IMG/VR virus record: IMGVR_UViG_3300021288_000002
Location: 1,934-65,933 of that record
Length of the DNA: 64,000 nucleotides
Strand: one strand, 5' to 3'
DNA from: a virus
Lineage: Duplodnaviria; Caudoviricetes
The translations under genes and the position numbers were made by a program. A model generated the notes under the pieces. It did no database searches. It had not been told where the DNA came from and saw nothing but the letters and a program-made list of their open reading frames with translations. Positions 1 to 9,986 of the stretch are shown here, one piece after another (the stretch's first letter is position 1; each line of letters starts with the position of its first letter).

Positions 1-221
1 ATCTTTATAGCATACTGTAATATCCTACTAAAGATAGGTACTACTTCTACCAAATCATCCTGTATAAATTTCATGTTCATATTTCATACCCCATAATTTC
101 CATTGCCTTTTCTGCAATCATCTTGTCTATTTGTTTGTTGTGGGTGTTGATTTCAACAACAACCTTGTCAAGTACAAAATCGTAGATTTCAACACCTGGA
201 GTGAATTTTGAATCAATAATT

Positions 222-488
222 TTATGCCTCGGATTCCTCATCTTCAATCAACTCTTCATCTTCAAAAGCATCTTCATCATATTTTAAACGGTTGAGAATG
301 CGAATTTTTTTATCAGGTTCAACTAATTCCATTCCTAATGGATATACTGCGTAATTTTCATATTCGCTTGTTTTGATTGATTCTCCTAATTTTTGTGTTA
401 TTTCATCAATGTTTTTGTAGATTTTACTTCCTCTTTCGTCAGGTATTCTTAATATTACTGCAAATAATACATCATAATTATTGCTCAT
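222..488 (-). CDS. hypothetical protein, acidic C-terminus
   Basis: ORF tightly coupled in the minus-strand early operon. Confidence 0.6.
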   Translation of the reverse strand: MSNNYDVLFAVILRIPDERGSKIYKNIDEITQKLGESIKTSEYENYAVYPLGMELVEPDKKIRILNRLKYDEDAFEDEELIEDEESEA

Positions 489-880
489 TTTTTAAACTCC
501 TCTAATTCTTTTTCTAACCATTCTTTAAATTCAATTGCATCTTCTTTATGAGTAAATCTGAATATCTTGCCATTATTGTCAGTAATATCCCAGTTACCAT
601 ACCAGTCAGATTTAGTGAGTGTGAAACTATTGACTTCCTGGAATAATGTCTTTTGAAATCCACAGATTTTCTCAAAATAATCCTGCAACCGTTCTGCATG
701 ATATTGGTCATTACATACCCAACCGTGAATGTAGCAGACTTTATGTATTATCATTGTCAAAGGCATTCTCTTTAAAGTGTCAATGAGTACAGGAGTATCA
801 AGGATATTACAGTATTTTATGACAAATCTTTGTTTCATTTCTTTGCCTCTTTGAATATGCTGCCTATTGGTGCAAAACAT
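485..880 (-). CDS. hypothetical protein (likely true start at 838, MKQRF)
   Basis: ORF track; ATGA overlap with the upstream small ORF at 835-838. Confidence 0.55.
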   Translation of the reverse strand: MFCTNRQHIQRGKEMKQRFVIKYCNILDTPVLIDTLKRMPLTMIIHKVCYIHGWVCNDQYHAERLQDYFEKICGFQKTLFQEVNSFTLTKSDWYGNWDITDNNGKIFRFTHKEDAIEFKEWLEKELEEFKK

Positions 881-1014
881 TCAACAAAAGCTGGTTCGGT
901 ATCCTCCCAGAATTCTCCCTAATTGGTACATTCATATTCCTTATGGTCATACCAGTCACAGTCATTATGCTGCTTGGTCGGGTGAATATGAAGATCATCT
1001 GGATTGAGTTTCAT
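835..1014 (-). pseudogene. small ORF interrupted by one in-frame TAG (919-921)
   Basis: MKLNPDDLHIHPTKQHNDCDWYDHKEYECTN*GEFWEDTEPAFVECFAPIGSIFKEAKK*; ATGA-coupled to neighbours at both ends. Confidence 0.45.
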
Positions 1015-1718
1015 TCTATCACCTTTTTAGCTGATTCCATGTCTCCTTGATAAATGTGTAAACTGCTTGAATTGTAGTTTATACCCTCAAATTCAAGGTT
1101 AGGATACTCTTCTTTCAATGCTTCAACCAGTTTGATTCCAATGTAACTGATGAAAAGCATATTTGAAGGGAAAGCGCTGTAACAATCATTACTGCGGAAA
1201 AATATATGTAAAACAAGTTTATTGTTTCGGATTGTGGCCTGTACAACTTGCAAACATGGGATATGTTGTTCTGTTGCATCCAATCCGCAGTTATATAATG
1301 TTGCTACTGCACGGTTGCTTCCAGAATGTTCAAGTAACCGGTACTCCATGATTTCTAATTGGTTTGCATCTATTTCTTCATCAAATCTGTCAATAGTATG
1401 ATAACAGCATAATCTCTGAGGGTATGTATAGACGAAATCTCCTCCATCAATCATGTATGGATCATCAAGACTTTCCACATATTCAGCAAGTGCAAGGTCT
1501 TTGATAGGGTACCCATCTATATTAAAAACCCCTTTACGAATCATACTAATAAACATTTTACTTGTAATATTTTGACCGCCAAATTGTTTTAATGGACTGT
1601 CAATAAAACAATGATTAATTAATGATTCCAATAGTACATCACCATCGTCCTTTTCGTGCTTTTCTCCATTTTCAATTATTTCTTTCAAGAATTTTTTCCA
1701 TGCATCTTCAAGTTTCAT
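1011..1718 (-). CDS. thyA: thymidylate synthase (archaeal ThyA type)
   Basis: Catalytic PCLQ motif; FRSND...PSN motif with the dUMP-specifying Asn. Confidence 0.85.
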   Translation of the reverse strand: MKLEDAWKKFLKEIIENGEKHEKDDGDVLLESLINHCFIDSPLKQFGGQNITSKMFISMIRKGVFNIDGYPIKDLALAEYVESLDDPYMIDGGDFVYTYPQRLCCYHTIDRFDEEIDANQLEIMEYRLLEHSGSNRAVATLYNCGLDATEQHIPCLQVVQATIRNNKLVLHIFFRSNDCYSAFPSNMLFISYIGIKLVEALKEEYPNLEFEGINYNSSSLHIYQGDMESAKKVIE

Positions 1719-1900
1719 TTTCTCATCTCTTTTTCAGTTAATGTTCGACCTGCACATAACCCTAAGAATAGGAATGAAAAACATGTAACCATAATCTGGA
1801 ACACATTCCTCTCCAATCTCCAATCAATGAACAAAGAACAAATAAATAATATGGTCATAATCGCTAGGATTAACCATACTATTTTAAAGAAAGTATTCAT
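1715..1900 (-). CDS. small membrane protein (2 TM)
   Basis: Two hydrophobic stretches; coupled to neighbours. Confidence 0.55.
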   Translation of the reverse strand: MNTFFKIVWLILAIMTILFICSLFIDWRLERNVFQIMVTCFSFLFLGLCAGRTLTEKEMRK

Positions 1901-2262
1901 CCTTTTACACGCTCCTTGTAGATATGATTATTCCGTGTATGTGGAATGCGAGTAATCCCTAACCTATGGCAGATATTGTCCACTTGGTCTTGTTTCCAAC
2001 CGGTGCGGATTAACTCATCACGTACCCTTTGAGCATCCTGTAAAGTAGCATACCTACCATAATAATAAGTGATCCAATTAATTTTCTTTTTAATATAGAA
2101 TCCACTTGGTTTTTCCTCAATGTGTTTTCGTTCGCTATCTGGGTTGATAGTTTCAGGATAATTGCTTTTGAATAAAGTTGTGAGGTTAGTACCATGCTTT
2201 ATTAGACATTCTTCTAACCCCATGCCGTTTCTTAAGTCTTCAGTTATTTCTATTGGTATCAT
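1897..2262 (-). CDS. AP2-like DNA-binding domain protein
   Basis: FYIKKKINWITYYYGRYATLQDAQRVRD matches the AP2/integrase-like Y/FGxF/YxTxxEA pattern. Confidence 0.5.
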   Translation of the reverse strand: MIPIEITEDLRNGMGLEECLIKHGTNLTTLFKSNYPETINPDSERKHIEEKPSGFYIKKKINWITYYYGRYATLQDAQRVRDELIRTGWKQDQVDNICHRLGITRIPHTRNNHIYKERVKG

Positions 2263-2267
2263 CTCTT

Positions 2268-2753
2268 TTAGTCCTCGAATGTCCAGTCTTCACATTTCCC
2301 TGTTAAACTCACATTTTCTTCAAGATTATTGTAGTAGCCCTCATATTTATCATCAGGAATAGGTTCACAAGAACTACATGACTCGCAACATGGGACATTA
2401 GTTCTTGCACCTTCTAAATATAAAGGGTATTTAGTCATGTTGATTTGACCATAACTGCAGTCTCGGTGTTTGTCACAGAATGTTTGTGCTAATGTTTCAT
2501 CATCAACAAAAGCTACATGTTCCCAAGTTTCATCTAATCTTCTGCTGATTTCAAAAACTGGTGCTTTTTTAACTGTTTTTAGGTGTCTGTTCTCTGCTCT
2601 TAGTCTTCTGATTGTTTTAACATAGTTGTTCAGTTTATGTGATAAAGTGTTGGCCACGTCCTTTGATGGGCAGTAATATGATCTGTCATGAATACTGTCC
2701 ACTATGATGTAGTGGTGGTTATTCTCCAGTTCTGCCCAATATTCTCCGCTCAT
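2268..2753 (-). CDS. hypothetical protein, C-terminal Cys cluster
   Basis: ORF in operon; CCESCSSC...C. Confidence 0.55.
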   Translation of the reverse strand: MSGEYWAELENNHHYIIVDSIHDRSYYCPSKDVANTLSHKLNNYVKTIRRLRAENRHLKTVKKAPVFEISRRLDETWEHVAFVDDETLAQTFCDKHRDCSYGQINMTKYPLYLEGARTNVPCCESCSSCEPIPDDKYEGYYNNLEENVSLTGKCEDWTFED

Positions 2754-3283
2754 TTTAATTCCTCTCCATATTTTGCTAGTGTTTTTTCTACTTCTTTTTG
2801 TGTTGTTAAACCAAAGTGTTTATTGTATTTTCCTTGTGTGTTGATGAAATGGTTTAATTCATTAAATCTGATGTCATATAACTCTTTAGGTAACCCATAA
2901 TAGGCGTCTCCCATTAATTGGGTTAATGTTTCTAGGGATTCCCTGAGTTTAGTGCTTGGGATATTGATATCATCATTATCACCAGATGCATCTCTGAATA
3001 TTTCCAGTTTATCTGGTAATGTCATTCCTGCAAATCCATGAACATGCAATAAATCAGCTGCCATTGAATCCGCATCATTCCAATTGAATTTACCTGCTTT
3101 AACATATTTTTCATAATTACTGGAATAACATAAATGTGAAATAAATTGGAATGGTTTCAGAATCAGATCACTACAATGATTACCCATACATTTGACAATC
3201 TTGTCATGTTTTAAACATTTCATATCACATTTATTCTTGTCTATAATTTCAGAATAAACACAATCATTACAACGATAAGTCAT
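2750..3283 (-). CDS. hypothetical protein, N-terminal Cys cluster
   Basis: ORF in operon; CNDC...C...C...C. Confidence 0.55.
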   Translation of the reverse strand: MTYRCNDCVYSEIIDKNKCDMKCLKHDKIVKCMGNHCSDLILKPFQFISHLCYSSNYEKYVKAGKFNWNDADSMAADLLHVHGFAGMTLPDKLEIFRDASGDNDDINIPSTKLRESLETLTQLMGDAYYGLPKELYDIRFNELNHFINTQGKYNKHFGLTTQKEVEKTLAKYGEELK

Positions 3284-3611
3284 TCAACTCACTTCCTGCA
3301 CATCCCTTTAAATTAAGCAAAATTGGATAAACCTTTTTACCCATATCAGTTAATTTATATAATCTACCTTTACGTGCTTCCTCATTAATACAAACAACAA
3401 GTTCTTTTTCTTTTAATTCACCTAAAACTTTACTAACATGATTTGGCCTAAATCCAGCATTCGCTGCAATGAATTTAGGAGTCATTGCGCCATTGTTAAA
3501 TAATACAGTCATTGTTCTCTCACGATAACTTGAGATTAAAACATATGCTGCTAAACTCATTAACTCATCACTTGAATTATAATTCTGATTCAAAAATTCT
3601 GTTTTATTCAT
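3267..3611 (-). CDS. winged-helix (MarR/ArsR-like) transcription regulator
   Basis: MTPKFIA...HVSKVLGELKEKELVVC...RGRLYKLTDMG wHTH pattern. Confidence 0.8.
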   Translation of the reverse strand: MNKTEFLNQNYNSSDELMSLAAYVLISSYRERTMTVLFNNGAMTPKFIAANAGFRPNHVSKVLGELKEKELVVCINEEARKGRLYKLTDMGKKVYPILLNLKGCAGSELNDLSL

Positions 3612-3988
3612 GCTTCCATCTCCACTATTAAATCATAATCCCAATTACAGGCTAAACAGATATCTCTTTCATGTTGTGCATCTTTGAGTTTATCAAATGA
3701 ACCGAAGTATTGTTGTTTACCATCAATCTCTTTAATAACAAGGAATTTCCCTCCTTGTCTGCGGATATATTCTGTTGCTCTGAAACTTGGATTTGCATTC
3801 CAATTTTTACCCATGTAGTATGCTCTCCACATTCGTGCTTCTTCAAGTGTGATGAAACTACCCCAATATTGGAGTATTCCACCGATTCTTTTTCTTATTT
3901 CAAATCTCCTGTTCTTTTTGTTTTGATAAATGTATGATGGGAGTTTTGTGAAAACTCCATCATAGTAAATGTATTTCACCATTCCCAT
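3608..3988 (-). CDS. tandem AP2-like domain protein
   Basis: Two repeats: IRKRIGGILQYWGSFITLEEA and IKEIDGKQQYFGSFDKLKDA. Confidence 0.6.
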   Translation of the reverse strand: MGMVKYIYYDGVFTKLPSYIYQNKKNRRFEIRKRIGGILQYWGSFITLEEARMWRAYYMGKNWNANPSFRATEYIRRQGGKFLVIKEIDGKQQYFGSFDKLKDAQHERDICLACNWDYDLIVEMEA

Positions 3989-4114
3989 AACCCCACAGTT
4001 ATTGTAATTATCGGTATTTCCACATCGTCTTCATGGAGAATAGGTTTACAATACTTACGTGTTGGACGTGGGTATTGAAACCTTGCAACATTTATATAAA
4101 AATTTGGATTAAAT

Positions 4115-4438
4115 TTATAATTCTCTGACTTTCTGATCTTCTTTAAAATGAAATTTCCAATAGTCTTTAACATTGCCTTCACCAGGAATTACAGTTGCAG
4201 AATAAAACATTCGTACACATTTTAATCCAAATTCTTTTTCAAATTCATCAATATGGCTTTTGAAATCTTTTGAAGAAGTGATACGGACATTATCCATTGT
4301 TAAAGTAGGTTCTACATGTACTGGTTGTAACAATGGTAATTGTTGTTTTTCCATCCATTCATCAATAGCCATTTTGACAGCTAATTCTTTGCTAATTAAA
4401 TCTGCTTTTGCATCTAAATAATCGGAATATAAACTCAT
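4115..4438 (-). CDS. hypothetical protein
   Basis: ORF in operon, ATAA/ATGA-type coupling. Confidence 0.55.
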   Translation of the reverse strand: MSLYSDYLDAKADLISKELAVKMAIDEWMEKQQLPLLQPVHVEPTLTMDNVRITSSKDFKSHIDEFEKEFGLKCVRMFYSATVIPGEGNVKDYWKFHFKEDQKVREL

Positions 4439-4860
4439 AAATAATCCTCCAAATTTGTTTGGTTAATATCTGGTTCTGTTTTCATGTCTTTTAAGTACAA
4501 TATCACACGAATCATGATATGAAATAAAAATTTACGGTCTTCTTCAGATAACCAAAAGTTTTTTCTGGATGTGACATCACAACTAGTTTCCATATAAAGG
4601 ACCTGATCTTGATACCCTTTTTCATGATTCATACATCTGATTTCCAAATGATTGGTGTAGTTTCTCCAGTTATTCCAACTGATATTTAATTCACTGTCTT
4701 TATCTAATTGGAATGTGTGTTCATGTTCACCACAATCCGCACAACCACAACAATCATTCCAACAACTTGCCCAATTTAAAACTTTCCCATTTCTTAATTC
4801 ATCAGTATTTGCACCTTCAATTAAGTTAGGGAATATGTTATCAATGTCAATAAGATTCAT
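4435..4860 (-). CDS. hypothetical protein with Cys/His cluster
   Basis: CWNDCCGCADCGEH. Confidence 0.55.
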   Translation of the reverse strand: MNLIDIDNIFPNLIEGANTDELRNGKVLNWASCWNDCCGCADCGEHEHTFQLDKDSELNISWNNWRNYTNHLEIRCMNHEKGYQDQVLYMETSCDVTSRKNFWLSEEDRKFLFHIMIRVILYLKDMKTEPDINQTNLEDYL

Positions 4861-4871
4861 ACTAATTCATC

Positions 4872-4994
4872 TCATCTAAAATCATGCATGAAACAACTGC
4901 AGTTATCTTCAATCAATTCATCAAACAATGTGCAAAGGGATTTCCATTTGTGCTTACAATTCATACAGCATTTAGATTTTTCTTTAACTTTCAC
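4872..4994 (-). CDS. 40-aa Cys-rich microprotein (not in ORF track)
   Basis: GTG start 10 nt after GGAG; MKVKEKSKCCMNCKHKWKSLCTLFDELIEDNCSCFMHDFR. Confidence 0.55.
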   Translation of the reverse strand: MKVKEKSKCCMNCKHKWKSLCTLFDELIEDNCSCFMHDFR

Positions 4995-5019
4995 ACTTTC
5001 ACGACTCCAAGCATAAAAT

Positions 5020-5403
5020 TTATTTTCTTAATTTTAACTGCATAACATATTTTTCAAGACTAATACGATTATCTAATAGTTCAATGCCTTTTCTAATAAG
5101 ACTTGAATTATTTTTAGCCAATTCCATAGTATCATATTCAGTCTTTAATTGTTCAACAATAAATGCTTCTTTCATTTTACTGGTTGGTCTTGATTCACCA
5201 GTTGCTTCTTTAACTTTATCAGTTAAATCCGCTGAAAGTAACTGCTCATTAAATTTATGTTCATAATCTAATTTTGCACTAACTTCAGAATTAACAGCAT
5301 CTTTCAATTCTTGAATCTTTACTGCTTTCTGTTCAAGTAGATCATCAAACAACTCAGTACAATCAACACCAAAATGTGTTCTTAACCTTTTTTCTCCAGA
5401 CAT
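5020..5403 (-). CDS. hypothetical coiled-coil protein
   Basis: ORF in operon. Confidence 0.55.
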   Translation of the reverse strand: MSGEKRLRTHFGVDCTELFDDLLEQKAVKIQELKDAVNSEVSAKLDYEHKFNEQLLSADLTDKVKEATGESRPTSKMKEAFIVEQLKTEYDTMELAKNNSSLIRKGIELLDNRISLEKYVMQLKLRK

Positions 5404-5753
5404 TCAATTTCCTCCACAGGAATTATTTTTTTACCAAAAAATATTCCATTATCCAATTCAAACCACAAGCTTTCAGGTTCGGCTAAAATAGGTTTAATAT
5501 GATTTGGCCTTTCATTCATTTCATATTTAACTTGAACATATTGTCCTTCAATTTGATTAAATCCTTTTATTCCTAATAAATCCAATAAGTCAGGGATTTT
5601 TGCAGGATTCATATCAACTGAACAAATACTTTTATTTGCTAATTCTAATTCCATTCTTACAATGAAATTAGGCATATCTGCAGCAATTTTAAAAAATCCT
5701 AATAAGCAACTTTGTATTTTTGCATTCATCACTGTCATTGTTTTATTCCTCAC
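5382..5753 (-). CDS. hypothetical protein
   Basis: ORF in operon. Confidence 0.5.
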   Translation of the reverse strand: MRNKTMTVMNAKIQSCLLGFFKIAADMPNFIVRMELELANKSICSVDMNPAKIPDLLDLLGIKGFNQIEGQYVQVKYEMNERPNHIKPILAEPESLWFELDNGIFFGKKIIPVEEIECLEKKG

Positions 5754-6111
5754 TTGTTTTCATTAATTCATCTTTAACTCTAACAATAAGCACATTTTCA
5801 AAGAAATTTTTTTTATGTTGCTTTACAGTTTCAATTAAATCATCAATAGGTGTAACTTCAAAAATATCCGGAGGATACATGTAAATGTCAAGACTTAAAT
5901 CTTGTAATGCTTTTACAATGTTTTCTTCACCTTCTTTTTCATATTTTTGAATAGTTTTAAGAATTGATAATTTAATATCAAACTCACTTATACTTTCAGC
6001 AACTTTCAAATGATATTCTAAATCCTCTGTTTTTTCTTCATAAGATTTTACTACTTTCAACAAATCTTCTTTAGTCAAATCCTCTTCAGGAATTAACTTA
6101 TATTCCATCAT
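5743..6111 (-). CDS. hypothetical protein
   Basis: ORF in operon. Confidence 0.55.
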   Translation of the reverse strand: MMEYKLIPEEDLTKEDLLKVVKSYEEKTEDLEYHLKVAESISEFDIKLSILKTIQKYEKEGEENIVKALQDLSLDIYMYPPDIFEVTPIDDLIETVKQHKKNFFENVLIVRVKDELMKTSEE

Positions 6112-6157
6112 TTTATATCACTCCCATAACATGTCTACTCCATTAACCCATCAATTT

Positions 6158-6604
6158 TTATGAAAATACTTCTGATAATATGTCTTCAACATCCAACTCA
6201 TCATGATCTATATCTTCTTTCATTTCTGAAAGAATACGAATCCACTTATGTGTTTTCATTCCTTTCCTAATGTTATGATTAGTATATTTTTTATGAAGAA
6301 TTGCATGAGCTTGCTCTAAAGAATATCCTTCCCATATTAAATCATCTAATTCTTCCTTAACAGAATGCAATTCCATATAATGGAATGAACCTATTTTGCC
6401 ACATCCAATATCAACTTGAAATGAAAATTTACCAGTTTTATATATCTTAAATGAAACTCTATTCAATTCAAATAGAATATCTCTAGGAATTTGTTGTTCC
6501 ATATCCTTTTTAATTGAAGAAACCTCATCAAGTTCTAATTTATTTTCAAAACAAGATTGGAATTCATTAAACTTTTCTGTAATGTAATTACGATTATACG
6601 CCAT
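6158..6604 (-). CDS. hypothetical protein
   Basis: ORF with GGAGG RBS upstream. Confidence 0.6.
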   Translation of the reverse strand: MAYNRNYITEKFNEFQSCFENKLELDEVSSIKKDMEQQIPRDILFELNRVSFKIYKTGKFSFQVDIGCGKIGSFHYMELHSVKEELDDLIWEGYSLEQAHAILHKKYTNHNIRKGMKTHKWIRILSEMKEDIDHDELDVEDILSEVFS

Positions 6605-6618
6605 TCTAAAATCCTCCT

Positions 6619-7284
6619 TTATTTATATCTTTTAAGTACATCCATGGACTCATACATGGTTTCCTGCATACCTCCTCTACAATTAGCACCATATCCATTG
6701 AAACCATATCCATTTATTTTAAACATTCTTTCGACATGTTCTTTTCTTTCAGTATTACTACCATTTTCTAAAACAAAATGCTCAATTCTATGGCAATTAG
6801 CACATAAAGTAATCTGATTAATAGGACTATCAATAAACTCTTTATCAAAGAATGGAGAAACTCTTGGTATAATATGATGAACATTCAAAGTCCTAATATC
6901 AGATTCACCACATAATTGACAGCAATTATTATCTCTTTCTTTGATTTTTTTAGAAGCAGTTGATTTAGTAATCTCCTTATTTTTTAATAATTTTTTTAAC
7001 TGGGGAATTGTAATTTCAATATAAGGAGTAACCCAACTTTGAATATAATTTTTTCCAACTCTCCAAGGAGCCCTTAAAAGCAACCCTTTTTTTAAATCAT
7101 AAATTGAATAAACCAAATCCATTTCACCTAAATAAATTAAATTATTAGATGAATATGGTTCAAAATGATGATTATTTGCTATATCCTTATAATCATCAAT
7201 AACTAAAAATTCTTTTTCAGATAAATCCTTTTTAACATAAGACATGTCTCTTATAATATTTCTGGACCTATCCAACCCAATCAT
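6619..7284 (-). CDS. HNH endonuclease
   Basis: CQLCG...VHHIIP...NQITLCANCHRIEH. Confidence 0.85.
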   Translation of the reverse strand: MIGLDRSRNIIRDMSYVKKDLSEKEFLVIDDYKDIANNHHFEPYSSNNLIYLGEMDLVYSIYDLKKGLLLRAPWRVGKNYIQSWVTPYIEITIPQLKKLLKNKEITKSTASKKIKERDNNCCQLCGESDIRTLNVHHIIPRVSPFFDKEFIDSPINQITLCANCHRIEHFVLENGSNTERKEHVERMFKINGYGFNGYGANCRGGMQETMYESMDVLKRYK

Positions 7285-7285
7285 T

Positions 7286-7681
7286 TTAGAATCCTCCTTT
7301 TTTTGTTTTTAACTCATGTAAATCCCTATAAGATTTACTAATACTCTTCTTAATCACCGCTCTTCTAACCCTATTTTCCTTAGGATTAAAACCAACATAA
7401 AACTCTGAATAATCCTTATCCGGAAACTCCTTCTTTAGCTCCATTGCATCATCATAAATCCTTTCCAACTTATTCACATAATCACGCTCCCACCTGATTT
7501 TACCCTTCAAATATTGGAAATCTTCATTTAACACACAATGATCCGGATGTGTGCAGAGGTCATGACCACTTCCAGGACAATAATAACAAGTGGATTCATC
7601 AACAAATTTATTGTGAACCCTATCCCGTTTATGTTGGGAAATTTCCTTGTTAATTTTTTTGTAGTCAATCATATGCTGCAT
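7286..7681 (-). CDS. hypothetical protein
   Basis: ORF directly below the repeat region. Confidence 0.5.
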   Translation of the reverse strand: MQHMIDYKKINKEISQHKRDRVHNKFVDESTCYYCPGSGHDLCTHPDHCVLNEDFQYLKGKIRWERDYVNKLERIYDDAMELKKEFPDKDYSEFYVGFNPKENRVRRAVIKKSISKSYRDLHELKTKKGGF

Positions 7682-7701
7682 ACCATCCTAAAAAAAATTT
7701 C

Positions 7702-8178
7702 ATTGCCAGTTCATTGCCAAAAAAATTTGGCAATAAGAATCTCTCTTTAAATTGTTTAGTTTTGCAAAATAAGCCCAATGAAACCTTGTTTAAAAATTGG
7801 TAATTTTTCATTGCCAAAATGAATTTTTCATTGCCTAATTAAAACCAAGACTTCACAAGACATTACAAGCCAAACCAAACATTCACAAAGCTTATTCAAA
7901 TTTTGATTGCCACATTGCCAAAAACATGTACATGAAATAAAAGAAGTTAATTCAAATTCATTAGCTTCCAAAATTCAATGACATTTTGGCAATGAAAAAA
8001 ATATCAAAAATTGAATAAACTCATATCACTCCCCTTTCACAAAATAAACCATTTTCCATGCTTTTCTTTATTGCCATTTTTAATTGGCAATGAAAAACAG
8101 GTTTTGGCAATTTGGCAATGAAACAAAAAAACCATGAAAACAATACTAAAATTCATCAGAAACACCTCGTTTATTGCC
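7702..8178. repeat. iteron-like array of ATTGCC/GGCAAT (extended consensus TTTCATTGCCAAAA); candidate replication origin
   Basis: 13 exact hexamers: ATTGCC at 7702, 7713, 7810, 7830, 7906, 7914, 8070, 8173; GGCAAT at 7729, 7988, 8086, 8106, 8114; non-coding, immediately 3' of the P-loop replication gene. Confidence 0.7.
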
Positions 8179-8188
8179 ACTACCAAAA

Positions 8189-9937
8189 CTACTCCTTATC
8201 ATAATCCAACCAAAATGGTTTAAGAACATCATCACTCTGATTCAAAATGCTGCATTCCTCATCAATAATAACATCATTTAAAACAATATAATCCACAATA
8301 TCAGATGGATATTCATACTCTAAACGACGCTTACCAGAATCAGATAAAACCAGCATCTCATTCTGAGGAACCTCATCAACATGTTCTACCAAAGCATACA
8401 TGTTACTTTTACCATGTTTACCGACAACTTTCAAAAAACCTTCCTGATTTAACTCAGTGAAATAACGATATAATGATCTCTTAGCAATATTGACATTACC
8501 CTCTTCAATATAATCATTAATAGTAAATCCAAAATCTTCACCAGAATCAAACTTATAACTTGAATCTGCTTGATAAATCCATTCATGACTATTTTCAACA
8601 ATATCATCAAGTAATTCAGCTGCTTTCTTAGATAAATTCCTTGTAATACTAGCCATATACGGCCGGAGTAATGTAACAAAGTACTGTAAATCTTCAGGAC
8701 TAGTGAAAATAACTTTTTCACCATTAATCTCATGAATTTCACGATTAGCACTATTAAAAGCAGTAATAACTTTCAGTATCCCATTATATTTATCATAATC
8801 CCTTTTATAATATTCAGATGCACCAATCAAATTCAATATAGCATCAGAATAAGGATTAACAATATTAATATCACTAAATTTGTATCTTAAACCAAGAACC
8901 ATTTTTTGAATATCTGTTTTAAAACTAAGCATAGATTGATATATTTGTTCTGTTTTGCCTCCTTTTAACTCCAAATAAGATTTACGAGCATTAAACACTG
9001 CTCTATTATCAGTTCTAGGTGTGAAAATAAAACTACGAGATAACTCCTGACTATCAAAGTTATAATTTGGAACAGTAGTGTAAGTTAAACAAGGAAAACC
9101 TTTCAAGATTAGATCAACAACTTGGAATTCCCCATCCACTTTTATTGTAATGGGCCTTGCCAAGTAACCGTCAGTCTGTAACTCTTTCAGAAGATTTTTT
9201 GTATCTTCAACCTCATCTTGGTCACTATTACCTCCAAGGTCCCCATACACTACAATTTTACCATCATAATATCTTTGATTTTCTTCAGCACGACGGAACA
9301 TAGAAGCCATAGTAGGTTTCTTCTCATATCTAATGAAATCTTCAGGAATCATAGATAAAGCTACATTCTCAATATGAGTTTTCCCACTACTACCATCACC
9401 TAAACCAATAACACTAATTGGATTTTTTAGGATAACTTGACTACAATAACATAAGAAAGTAATCATGATGTTAGTTCTTTCACCAGCAGTATACCAGTCA
9501 ACTAATGATGCTGTATAAATCAAAGGTCTGTATTGCTTATTGAAGATTTCTAAACCTTCCTCATAAGCTTGTTTGTTCTGAGCTAACTCTTCTTGTTCAT
9601 TCTGTTTTTGAGTTTCAATTTCAACTTCAACATATTCATCAACAAAACTGTTCATTGCAACTTTCAGATCATCAAACAATTTGGTGACACCCAATTTGTT
9701 TAATGTTCCAGCAGGGTTTAAGTGTTTCTTGATTTCAACTCCAACAGTTGACCTTTCAGTTATGCTTAATGGTGTTTCACCTTTTAATTCATTGATTAAC
9801 TTCTTATCCTCATTAAAAAAGTCATATATACATCCTTTCTTAAAAGGAACTGGTTTAACTGTAAAACCATCAGCTAATTTAATCCCATAGTCAAGACTCC
9901 ATAATGATTCAACTTCAGGTGCAGCTCCTAATCCCAT
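8189..9937 (-). CDS. P-loop NTPase with C-terminal winged helix; probable replicative helicase/initiator
   Basis: Walker A GDGSSGKT, Walker B-like VVYGD, C-terminal wHTH (KRSLYRYFTELNQEGFL...Y); GGGGTG RBS. Confidence 0.65.
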   Translation of the reverse strand: MGLGAAPEVESLWSLDYGIKLADGFTVKPVPFKKGCIYDFFNEDKKLINELKGETPLSITERSTVGVEIKKHLNPAGTLNKLGVTKLFDDLKVAMNSFVDEYVEVEIETQKQNEQEELAQNKQAYEEGLEIFNKQYRPLIYTASLVDWYTAGERTNIMITFLCYCSQVILKNPISVIGLGDGSSGKTHIENVALSMIPEDFIRYEKKPTMASMFRRAEENQRYYDGKIVVYGDLGGNSDQDEVEDTKNLLKELQTDGYLARPITIKVDGEFQVVDLILKGFPCLTYTTVPNYNFDSQELSRSFIFTPRTDNRAVFNARKSYLELKGGKTEQIYQSMLSFKTDIQKMVLGLRYKFSDINIVNPYSDAILNLIGASEYYKRDYDKYNGILKVITAFNSANREIHEINGEKVIFTSPEDLQYFVTLLRPYMASITRNLSKKAAELLDDIVENSHEWIYQADSSYKFDSGEDFGFTINDYIEEGNVNIAKRSLYRYFTELNQEGFLKVVGKHGKSNMYALVEHVDEVPQNEMLVLSDSGKRRLEYEYPSDIVDYIVLNDVIIDEECSILNQSDDVLKPFWLDYDKE

Positions 9938-9986
9938 AGTTTTTCACCCCCTGGTCCAGTTGATAAAAAATGTTAATCACCAACAT

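Noticed and set aside
1011-1718. ThyA-like gene as a dCMP hydroxymethylase for DNA hypermodification
   Set aside because: The specificity position is Asn (PSN), as in dUMP-using enzymes, and no glycosyl- or amino-transferase partners were seen.
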